Shown in pieces: positions 24,910 through 32,248 of a stretch of 64,000 bases of DNA (position 1 is the first letter of the stretch; every line of letters begins with the position of its first letter). Below the pieces are notes generated by a model that worked only from the letters and a program-made list of their open reading frames with translations, had not been told where the DNA came from and did not search any database. The DNA comes from a virus. Position numbers and translations under genes: made by a program. The stretch is from positions 5,486 through 69,485 of IMG/VR virus record IMGVR_UViG_3300034257_000053; one strand, 5' to 3'.

Positions 24910-25160
24910 GGCCTAACCTCCTGCGCGCGCGTTGTGCCAGCGGTGGTGAGCCGATAGGCGGGATCGCCAAGGCGCGTCGTGCCCCATGGCTCGATCAATC
25001 CGAGACCGAGAAACTTGTCGGCGATGAGATCGCCGAACAGCGTGCGGTGCACGCGGTCGCCGAACGCTTCCTTGCCGCCGTGCGTGTTGATCGACCATCT
25101 CGTGTAGCGCAGCAGGTAGAGCTCGTAGTCGGTGAGGGGGGGGGTGCCGATTTCAGTCAT
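24906..25160 (-). CDS. Hypothetical wHTH-like protein
   Basis: LGLIE...YRLTTAG; ATGA overlaps. Confidence 0.6.
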   Translation of the reverse strand: MTEIGTPPLTDYELYLLRYTRWSINTHGGKEAFGDRVHRTLFGDLIADKFLGLGLIEPWGTTRLGDPAYRLTTAGTTRAQEVRP

Positions 25161-25735
25161 GATGCCACCACCGGCTTCACCGCGTTCATGATGATCTTGG
25201 TGCGGTCCTCAATAAGCACCCCGGGCAAGGTTGGGCCGAGCGCGCGAGCGGCCTTGAAGGCGTCGGCCTTGCGGGTGAACTTGCGCCATCCGCCTTTTTG
25301 CCCATTCGGTGCGACGCAGTTTGGGTCATAGCCGACCATCAGGGCGTAACGCTCACCGGCCACGTCGACGAGGCGGGCGACATAGTAGTCGTGACCGCTG
25401 ACATAGGTTGCGAGCACGACCGCGTAGAGCGGTTCGGCCTCGACGCGCGCCATCAGCTCGCGCGCGGCGCGGATCATGCACCAGAGGGCGGTGGCCTCGC
25501 CGTTGAGGTAGTCGTCGCTGAGATCGGCCAGCACGTCATCCTCGGTGACCGTCGAGAGGGGCCGCCGGTAATCCTTGGCGTATTCGCGCCGCCGCTCCAG
25601 CAGTTCCGCAGCGTCGGTCGGTGTGGTGCAGCGCGCCATGCCACTCACAAATTTCTGGAGCTCGGTCACGAGATCGGTGGCCGATGCGATTGCCGGCAAC
25701 GGCGGTGCGGCGGGCTTTGCGGTGATGTCGTTCAT
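25157..25735 (-). CDS. Hypothetical protein, C-terminal domain paralogous to 28771-29136
   Basis: GGAG RBS; shared F..K.DAF..AR.LGP.LP motif. Confidence 0.7.
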   Translation of the reverse strand: MNDITAKPAAPPLPAIASATDLVTELQKFVSGMARCTTPTDAAELLERRREYAKDYRRPLSTVTEDDVLADLSDDYLNGEATALWCMIRAARELMARVEAEPLYAVVLATYVSGHDYYVARLVDVAGERYALMVGYDPNCVAPNGQKGGWRKFTRKADAFKAARALGPTLPGVLIEDRTKIIMNAVKPVVAS

Positions 25736-26238
25736 CGTGCCGCTCCCTTCGCGATGATGTCACCGCGCGAGGCGTGGCGGTGCGCGCCTTCGGCCGACTT
25801 GATCGCACGGGCGACGTAGTCGGCAGCGCGCTGGCTGCCGCAGGTGCGCAGCATGTCGCGTGCGCTGCGCAGGTGACCGATGGCTTTGGTGATGATGCCC
25901 GGTCGCGTCGGCGCGCTGGCCGCTACGGTGATGTTGAGGCGCTCGCACAGCGCATCAATGTCCTCGACGGTCAGCTCGGTGATGGTGTTGCTAATGGTCG
26001 CGATGTCGGCAAGGTCCGCGTCCCACGGTGCCCGCTGGTAACAGCGCAGCCCCGCCAGCACGGTGGCAAGCTCGCGATCATCGAGCGCATGCGGCCGGGC
26101 CGCGAGCGCGCTGCACGCGGCTTCGATGGCGATGTCCCATTCGGCGGGGTCGAGCGCGGAGCCTTCGGCTGCGCACGACTCGGCGGCTTGGAGCCGCAGG
26201 TCGCGCAGGGCGGCGGTGAAACGTTCGGTGTCGTTCAT
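25732..26238 (-). CDS. Hypothetical protein
   Basis: AAGGAGG RBS plus leader hairpin; RELATVLAGLR.YQ...IDALCERLN. Confidence 0.75.
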   Translation of the reverse strand: MNDTERFTAALRDLRLQAAESCAAEGSALDPAEWDIAIEAACSALAARPHALDDRELATVLAGLRCYQRAPWDADLADIATISNTITELTVEDIDALCERLNITVAASAPTRPGIITKAIGHLRSARDMLRTCGSQRAADYVARAIKSAEGAHRHASRGDIIAKGAAR

Positions 26239-26260
26239 TGGAAGTTCCTCCTTGTGGGCT

Positions 26261-26278
26261 GCCCGCAGGATCGCGGGC
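26261..26278 (-). repeat. Leader hairpin A copy
   Basis: GCCCGC-GATCCT-GCGGGC upstream of the RBS. Confidence 0.9.
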
Positions 26279-26285
26279 GGTCGGG

Positions 26286-26900
26286 TTAAGCTTTGCCAGC
26301 GGCGCGCGCGTGTTTCTGTGATGGCGCGCCCGCCAGCTTGCGGCGGATCACCTCGGCGAGGTTGATGCCAGGCGCATCGGGCGCGCCGTGGTTGGCTACC
26401 GCAGCGGCTTCCTCGCGGCCGTCACCCTGCGTCACGTCGGTGAGATCGGCCGCGTCCGCACCGTCGGTGTCGTAGTCGATCACCCATGCGTCACCGACCG
26501 CACCGGGGCGGTCGGTCACGATGTCCTGCACCATGCCGCCTTCGAGCACGATGGCGATTGTCGGTGGCGTTGCGCCAGAGACTGCCAATTCGTTGACCCA
26601 TACGTCGGCATCATCGTCGTCGAGGTCGAACGATGCGCCCGCCTTAACGGCGATGCCCAAGTCGCGCGCGCGTTTGCGGCGCGCCTGTAGCAGCGAGGCT
26701 TCCCAATTGGCGGTGGTCGCGGTCGGCTTCAAGTCGACATCCGTCCGGAGAAGATTGACGTAGGCGGCGGCGGCGGTGTTGGCATCGGCGCGCGTCGCGT
26801 ACGCCATCATCGGCTGGCCAGGCGTAAACCAATGTGTGGCCTGCAGGATGAAAACGGCGGGTGGCGGCGCGGTGACCGGCTTGGCCTTTGATTTTGTCAT
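26286..26900 (-). CDS. Hypothetical protein
   Basis: GGAGG RBS plus leader hairpin; IAIVLEGGMVQDI...VIDYDTDG. Confidence 0.75.
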   Translation of the reverse strand: MTKSKAKPVTAPPPAVFILQATHWFTPGQPMMAYATRADANTAAAAYVNLLRTDVDLKPTATTANWEASLLQARRKRARDLGIAVKAGASFDLDDDDADVWVNELAVSGATPPTIAIVLEGGMVQDIVTDRPGAVGDAWVIDYDTDGADAADLTDVTQGDGREEAAAVANHGAPDAPGINLAEVIRRKLAGAPSQKHARAAGKA

Positions 26901-26917
26901 GATGGTCCTCCAGTTCT

Positions 26918-26935
26918 GCCCGCAGGATCGCGGGC
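26918..26935 (-). repeat. Leader hairpin A copy
   Basis: GCCCGC-GATCCT-GCGGGC-AGAAC-RBS. Confidence 0.9.
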
Positions 26936-26946
26936 GACGGTGTGTT

Positions 26947-27243
26947 TCAGCCTTTCGACATCGGGAGGCCGGAGATCCGGCACAGTTCGGCGGCTACCTG
27001 TTCCGCGCGGGAACGGGTAGGGCAATCGGTGATCGCTTCGGCCTCGCCGCTATGGTGGCGGCCGTAGACGGTGAAAAACTCCGCCTCCGCGTCATCGGTG
27101 AGCAATCCGATGGTATGGCCCGGATCGGCGGGGTCATCCTTGCAGGCACCGATTTCCAGCGTGGCGAACTGCGACCATTCCGGCGCGCGGTGGTCCGTGC
27201 AGTTGTTGAATAGATCGGAGGCGGTGAAGGTCTCGGTGGTCAT
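26947..27243 (-). CDS. Small acidic hypothetical protein
   Basis: AGGAG RBS plus leader hairpin; EAEFFTVYG. Confidence 0.75.
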   Translation of the reverse strand: MTTETFTASDLFNNCTDHRAPEWSQFATLEIGACKDDPADPGHTIGLLTDDAEAEFFTVYGRHHSGEAEAITDCPTRSRAEQVAAELCRISGLPMSKG

Positions 27244-27258
27244 TCGTGCTCCTGTTCT

Positions 27259-27342
27259 GCCCGCAGGATCGCGGGCCGGTGGCGGTGGCGTTCCGGGGTG
27301 CACCGGGCGGGCATTGTTGCCCGGTGCACGGCCGCAACGTCG
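27259..27342 (-). repeat. Element B (variant inner stem, 27285-27342) plus hairpin A (27259-27276)
   Basis: Same flanks as the 28719 and 29589 copies; inner stem GTGCACCGGGC/GCCCGGTGCAC. Confidence 0.85.
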
Positions 27343-27345
27343 CCG

Positions 27346-28677
27346 CTAGACGCGCATCGGCATGAGAACGAACAGCGGGCCGCTATTGTCCGCCGCGCGC
27401 ACCAGCGTCGGCGAACCGGGATCAGCGAGCATGAGGGTCACACGCTCGCCGCCGACCTGTTCCAGAATGTCGGCGAAGTAGCGGCCATTGAATCCGATGT
27501 CCATCGGATCGCCGGACCAGTCGCATTCGATCTGCTCGCGCGTGTCGCCCGCGTCGGGGTTTTGCACGGTGAGGGTGAGGCGGTTGCCCTCAATCGAGAA
27601 CTTCACCGCGCGACCGCGCTCGCTCGATACGGTGCTCACGCGGTCGACGGCCGCCGCCAGCTCACCAAGGTCGACGGTGAGGCGGTGCGGGTTGCCGAGC
27701 GGGATCACGCGCCCATAGTCGGGGAACGTGCCGTCGATCAGCTTTGAAATCAGCGTGACGTTGCCGCTGCTAAAGATGATGCCAGCCGGACCGACCGACA
27801 CGGTCAACATGACCGACGGCGCGGCAGTCTCGCCCTTTTTCGCCTTGCGCGGCTTGGTGCCGAACATCGCGATCACGCAATCGACCGCCTTGCTGGGCAC
27901 GATCACGCCCGGCATGTCGGCCGCGCCCTCGGGCATCGCCATATCGACCTGGGCCAGGCGGTGGCCATCGGTCGCGACCATGCGCAACGCGCCGGGGTTG
28001 CCGTTGTAGCGCTGCACGCCATTCGACTTGATCGCGTGCAGGTAAATGCCGTTCAAATAATAGCGGGTTTCCTCTGTCGAGATCGCGAAGCGCGCGCGTC
28101 GCAGCGCATTGCAGAATGTCAGCGCGTCGACCGTGAAGGTCGCGGGCGCGGCAAACTCGCGATCCTTCGGCCAATCGGCGGGCAGCGCGGTGGAAAGCGC
28201 GCCGTTTGATGCGCCAAGGCGCACCGCCACCCGGCCGGGGTTGACGGTGTACCATGGCGCGGCGTTCGCGGGCTTGTGCTCGATCTTCTCCGGCTGTTTC
28301 GTGATGTCGAGTGCGACGGTATCGGCTCCGGACTTGCGCAGCATGTCGCGGAACATGTGAGCCGGGACCGCAAGCGCGAAGCCCGCGCCGACGGTGGCCG
28401 GGATCGTGACGCGCGCGGTCAGGTCGAGATCGGTGGTTTCGATCATGAGGCCGCCGCCATGCTCGCGCAGCAGCACATTCGACAGGATTGGAATCGTGTT
28501 GCGCTTTTCGGTGACGATGGTGGCGAGCTGCATCGCGCTTGCGAGCGCGGTACGGTCGACGCGCGCGGATGGTAGCGGCGCGGGGTTTTCATTCGCGGCC
28601 AACACCGCCGCGATGTCCGCCACGATGGCGGGCGGCGCGACGGTGGCGGTGGCAAGGTTTACGCGGTCCTGTTGCAT
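27346..28677 (-). CDS. dnaN: DNA polymerase III beta sliding clamp
   Basis: EKRNTIPILSNVLL, TDLD, FAISTEETRYYLNG, VATDGHRLA, SKLIDGTFPDY.RVIP, IGFN..Y, terminal VLMPMRV. Confidence 0.95.
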   Translation of the reverse strand: MQQDRVNLATATVAPPAIVADIAAVLAANENPAPLPSARVDRTALASAMQLATIVTEKRNTIPILSNVLLREHGGGLMIETTDLDLTARVTIPATVGAGFALAVPAHMFRDMLRKSGADTVALDITKQPEKIEHKPANAAPWYTVNPGRVAVRLGASNGALSTALPADWPKDREFAAPATFTVDALTFCNALRRARFAISTEETRYYLNGIYLHAIKSNGVQRYNGNPGALRMVATDGHRLAQVDMAMPEGAADMPGVIVPSKAVDCVIAMFGTKPRKAKKGETAAPSVMLTVSVGPAGIIFSSGNVTLISKLIDGTFPDYGRVIPLGNPHRLTVDLGELAAAVDRVSTVSSERGRAVKFSIEGNRLTLTVQNPDAGDTREQIECDWSGDPMDIGFNGRYFADILEQVGGERVTLMLADPGSPTLVRAADNSGPLFVLMPMRV

Positions 28678-28697
28678 GTCGACTCCTTTCAGTAAGC

Positions 28698-28773
28698 CCC
28701 GCACGATCGCGGGCGCTTGGAACACTGGCGTTCCGGAGTGCAGCGCGCGAAGCGCTGCACGGTCGCAACGTCA
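28698..28773 (-). repeat. Element B (28719-28773) plus hairpin A (28698-28713)
   Basis: 55 bp with one mismatch to 29589-29643; hairpin loop GATCGT. Confidence 0.9.
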
Positions 28774-29136
28774 GTTCTGCGGGACGGGCGGCACCTTGAA
28801 GGCGAAGCCTTCGGGGCGCGTGTAGTCTTTCACGTGAACGTCAGGCAGCACCGGCCCGAGCGAGCGGGCATAGGTGAAGGCATCGCGCTTGTTGCCGAAC
28901 TGCACATGCCAAGACTTCCCGTCAGAGATCGGGAACACGTAGTCGGTGAGATCGAGCGTGACCACGCGGCCGACGGTGTACGCAGGGCGCCGCGTGTGCG
29001 TTTGAATGACCGCATAGCGGCGCGGCTCGGTCGCATCGCACGGGTGCGGCGCGTCGGCGGCCAGGCGGTCGAATAGCGCCGCCACGGCTTCATTGCTTTG
29101 GCGCGCGCGGGCGATCTTGTTGGGGTCAAGGTTCAT
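28771..29136 (-). CDS. Hypothetical protein
   Basis: ATGA overlap; paralogous to the C-terminus of 25157-25735. Confidence 0.7.
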   Translation of the reverse strand: MNLDPNKIARARQSNEAVAALFDRLAADAPHPCDATEPRRYAVIQTHTRRPAYTVGRVVTLDLTDYVFPISDGKSWHVQFGNKRDAFTYARSLGPVLPDVHVKDYTRPEGFAFKVPPVPQN

Positions 29137-29549
29137 GCCACGCCCCAGCCGGATTCGCGGCCGCCCATGCTGTTGCTGGTGCCGGATTTCAGATGCAGGT
29201 GCAGCACGTAGCCGCGCGGGTCTCCGCCGACGCTGGCGGTTGCGCTGTATTGCGCGGCGATCAAGTCGGCCGCGGCCTTGATGCGCTTTTCCGCCTGTTC
29301 CGCGCGGGCTTCATCTTCATCGGTCCAATCGGGGAAGCGCCCGCCGCGCGTGGCGTCGTAACGCTCGACACCATTGCACCGCTGCACGGCCAGGCGCGAC
29401 GCGCGCAAGCCGAGTCGGCGGAGTGTGATGGCATCGTCGGCGATCATGAACGGAGCCGGGTTCGTGCGATCCGGTACGCCATGGCCTAACGCGATTTCGC
29501 GGGCGAGAAGCGCAGCCAGCTCGGCGGTCGCCCTAGTTTTTGCGTTCAT
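29133..29549 (-). CDS. Conserved phage hypothetical protein (CNG...GDPRG motif)
   Basis: GGAGGA RBS plus leader hairpin. Confidence 0.75.
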   Translation of the reverse strand: MNAKTRATAELAALLAREIALGHGVPDRTNPAPFMIADDAITLRRLGLRASRLAVQRCNGVERYDATRGGRFPDWTDEDEARAEQAEKRIKAAADLIAAQYSATASVGGDPRGYVLHLHLKSGTSNSMGGRESGWGVA

Positions 29550-29566
29550 CGTCATTCCTCCAGTCG

Positions 29567-29643
29567 GCCCCAGCACAATCGCGGGGCGGGAACAGTGGCG
29601 TTCCGGAGTGCAGCGCGCGAAGCGCTGCACGGTCGCAACGTCA
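29567..29643 (-). repeat. Element B (29589-29643) plus hairpin A (29567-29587)
   Basis: Repeat of 28719-28773; hairpin loop GATTGT. Confidence 0.9.
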
Positions 29644-29946
29644 CGTTCCTGCGAAACAATCGACCATGAACGTCGGCCGACGATTCTTATCGGGCGCGGG
29701 CACGAAGCCGGGAGGAGCTGCGGCCTTGGCCGCCTTCTGCTGATCCTTGTATTTCCGCTCGCATGCGCGGCACTTGTCCATCTCCACATCGGTCGCGGCG
29801 TACGACGGCGCGGCGGATGCGAGCGTGCCAAGGGTGAGCATGACGGCAAGCGCACCGTTGAGCCAGGCGCGCTTTCCGGTGAGCACGAAGCGCCGCACGC
29901 GGCGACGGTCGTTGTGGCTTTGGCTACTGCGGCGAGTGTGAGACAT
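29641..29946 (-). CDS. First gene of leftward operon; exported/membrane protein with CxxC
   Basis: GGAGG RBS; hydrophobic segment ending ASAAPSYA; CRAC. Confidence 0.65.
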   Translation of the reverse strand: MSHTRRSSQSHNDRRRVRRFVLTGKRAWLNGALAVMLTLGTLASAAPSYAATDVEMDKCRACERKYKDQQKAAKAAAPPGFVPAPDKNRRPTFMVDCFAGT

Positions 29947-29964
29947 CGTGTTTCCTCCAGTGAC

Positions 29965-30013
29965 GCCCCAGCACAATCGCGGGGCAGGTCCATGCCGACA
30001 TGATCGCGGCATG
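29965..30013 (-). repeat. Tandem leader hairpins A (29991-30013 and 29965-29985)
   Basis: CATGCCGC-GATCAT-G(T)CGGCATG and GCCCCGC-GATTGT-GC(T)GGGGC. Confidence 0.8.
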
Positions 30014-30017
30014 AACG

Positions 30018-30046
30018 TATAATATGTATTCTCATATTATAGTCAA
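30018..30046 (-). promoter_or_regulatory. Leftward sigma70 promoter with overlapping palindromic operator
   Basis: -35 TTGACT (30046-30041), 16 bp spacer, -10 TATTAT (30024-30019); TATAATATG-N6-CATATTATA at 30018-30041. Confidence 0.75.
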
Positions 30047-30399
30047 GCCTTCAGGGTGAGAATAGTGGGAAAGATTATTGCTTTTTGATTCGTCAAATGC
30101 CTGTTGTCCGGACAAGGTGGGTTTGACGGGCGAGCGCTTTCCCCCCTCTATGGCCACTATCACCTCTAGAGTCGGACAGTCGCGCGGGCCGGTGCAGTGC
30201 ACCGAGCTCGAGATGGCCAGGCGCGACCGTCGCCCAACTCCTCAACCTGACAAGTGCCGAGCAGCTCCGCCCGAAGGTAGGGCGGGCGATCTGCTGGCGT
30301 GTGTGCCATGGCGTGCCCGCCTCGTCCTTCGCTGCAGGCACAGCCCACGTGCGCCGCTGCGCAACTGTGCCGGCATCTAGCGCCAATCACTCGCCGCGC

Positions 30400-30480
30400 G
30401 GGTCCTTACCCGCCGGCGGGGGACCCGCGATGCCGTCGCGGCCCGTCGCTTGAGCGTATTTGGAACGCGAAAATTTTCAC
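30400..30480 (+). other. Candidate lambda-like cos packaging site
   Basis: GGGTCCT (lambda cosQ sequence) at 30400, dyad CCGCGA-N5-TCGCGG at 30425-30441, then GAAAATTTTC; gpA-type terminase downstream. Confidence 0.55.
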
Positions 30481-30809
30481 TTCGCTTCGTTTTCGGTCGA
30501 ATGCGATCGATTTCGTCATGAGCCGATCGAGGAGCCCGTACGGATTTCGGTCGCCCCCCGATCCAAAAGCGGTGCGAGACGGTCGGTTCTTGAGGAAATC
30601 GAGGAATTTGGGCGCTTGAAGCGCCGCGTTCCGGTGGTCGGAGCCCGGAGCAATGTCGGTGACGATGAGCACCGCGGCCGCCTGCGCCGGCAGGAGCGCA
30701 GATTTTTCCAAGACCCCATCGGCTTCGGCCGACGGCGGGGTCGATGACGGCACCGAGGGAGGTCGTCGTCTTGGAAATGGTGCGGCTCACTTCCGCGCCA
30801 TTTTCGTTT

Positions 30810-30886
30810 CGCGGGATAGCGCAGCCCGGTAGCGTGCTTGGCTCATAACCAGGAGGTCGCGAGTTCAAATCTCGCTCCCGCAACCA
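30810..30886 (+). tRNA. tRNA-Met(CAT), initiator-like, phage-encoded
   Basis: Cloverleaf, CTCATAA anticodon loop, TTCAAAT T-loop, encoded CCA, C1xA72 mismatch. Confidence 0.93.
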
Positions 30887-30985
30887 AGTTGCCGGTGCAG
30901 GTTCACGCGCCGCGTCATTCAACGCCCGTCAAAAGGCGGACGCTTACCAGCCCCACTACGAGGGCCCCGGCACCGATAGGTCACG

Positions 30986-31534
30986 ATGCTCAAGATTCAG
31001 GTCCGCGCCGAACGTATGGGCGATCTCGGCACGTTCGTGCGCCGGCTCGACTCTCCGGAGATGCGCATCGCCGGTGCGCGCGGCTTGAACGAGCACATCC
31101 GGCAGCAAGAAAAAGATTCGATCGCGACGGTGTCGGGGCAAACGCGCGTTCCGGCATCGCGGGTCAAGTCGATCTCGCGTGTGAGACTTACATCGCCGTC
31201 GGCGTTCATGAGCGCGGCGGTCGAGTTTCGCGACAAGGCGATCCCGCTAGGCGAATACACCTATCGCGCCTGGTCGCGTTCGATGCCTGGCGCGCGCGCC
31301 GGCGATTGGGGTGGCAAGACGCACAAGGGTGCGTTCACCGTCTCGCGCTACGGCGGCCGCATCTTCAGGCGTACCGGCAAGTCGCGATTTCCGATTCAGC
31401 AGTTGTGGGGGCCGGTGCTGCCGAACGAATTGTTGCGGCGGGACATGCCTAACCTACGACAGCGCGAGGCGTTCGCGGCGCGCGATCTCGAGCAACGCGT
31501 GTTGCGCAACATGCTTCACGTTTTTGGTTTTTGA
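30986..31534 (+). CDS. Lambda gpZ-like minor tail/completion protein
   Basis: ARGLN, IPL..Y, KGAF, IF.R.GKSRFPI.QL.GP. Confidence 0.65.
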   Translation: MLKIQVRAERMGDLGTFVRRLDSPEMRIAGARGLNEHIRQQEKDSIATVSGQTRVPASRVKSISRVRLTSPSAFMSAAVEFRDKAIPLGEYTYRAWSRSMPGARAGDWGGKTHKGAFTVSRYGGRIFRRTGKSRFPIQQLWGPVLPNELLRRDMPNLRQREAFAARDLEQRVLRNMLHVFGF

Positions 31535-31678
31535 GAACGGGCCGCTCGGTCCGCTCGATCACGTCATGAACCCCAGCCGCGAAGTGAAGCGTCGACCGGG
31601 CTCGATCGTCACCTCGGTGCCGATCGAGCCCGCGTGCTGGGCACACGGTGGTGCGTATCTGCGCACGAGACTGCATGA

Positions 31679-32248
31679 ATGAGTTCGGATCCAACGCGAC
31701 GAAAAAAGCCATCCGGCTCTGCGCGCGAACGTACCGAACGAACGAAACAGAAACCCGGCGTTGTAGATGGCCCGCAAAAGCCGTCTCGCGACGCTCCGTC
31801 GCCGCTCGACGCGATGATTGGCGTCAGCGACGCCAAGAAGCTGCTCAAGTGGACACCGCGCTTCATTCAGCAGCTTGTCGCCGAAGGCTATATCAAGAAA
31901 ACCGCGCACGGCACCTACCGGCTGATCGACCTGGTGCACGGCGCGATCGACTACTTGAAGGACGAGGACCGGAGGGCCTCGAAGTCCGCCGCCGCCGGCC
32001 GCCTTCGCGACGTCCGCACGGCCGAGATCGAACAGCGCATGGCTGCGAGATCGGGCACTCTGAAAGAGCAGGCGCGCGACGATGCCTTCGCGGTTCTCGA
32101 GAGATTTTCCGGCCCTCTACAATCCGAGCTGCTGGCCCTACCGGCGCGCGTGACCAAGGATCTTCCGCTCCGGCGAAAGATCGAGAACGGTATCCGTGAC
32201 GCATTCGCCGGCGCATCAAAGCGAGCGCGAGCGGCATCGGACTCTTGA
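31679..32248 (+). CDS. Terminase small subunit
   Basis: TPRFIQQLVAEGYI..Y.L HTH plus coiled coil; directly upstream of terL. Confidence 0.75.
   Translation: MSSDPTRRKKPSGSARERTERTKQKPGVVDGPQKPSRDAPSPLDAMIGVSDAKKLLKWTPRFIQQLVAEGYIKKTAHGTYRLIDLVHGAIDYLKDEDRRASKSAAAGRLRDVRTAEIEQRMAARSGTLKEQARDDAFAVLERFSGPLQSELLALPARVTKDLPLRRKIENGIRDAFAGASKRARAASDS

Noticed and set aside
1510-25144. G9 (1510-1518), G10 (24591-24600) and G9 (25136-25144) tracts as phase-variation switches
   Set aside because: All are in frame, and a few runs of this length are expected by chance at this GC content; worth a look in raw reads but unsupported alone
27285-29643. Element B as integron attC sites
   Set aside because: The order is GTT...AAC, not RYYYAAC...GTTRRRY, and there is no integron integrase in the window
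23515-30013. Repeats as a CRISPR array
   Set aside because: Copies are separated by whole genes (hundreds to thousands of bp), not 30-40 bp spacers, and there are no cas genes
23515-30013. Hairpin A copies as intrinsic terminators
   Set aside because: No U-tract follows on either strand, and the loop sequence is conserved, which terminators do not require
30060-30800. ORFs or an ncRNA between the leftward promoter and the tRNA
   Set aside because: No convincing RBS, codon bias or recognisable RNA fold; probably regulatory and packaging DNA
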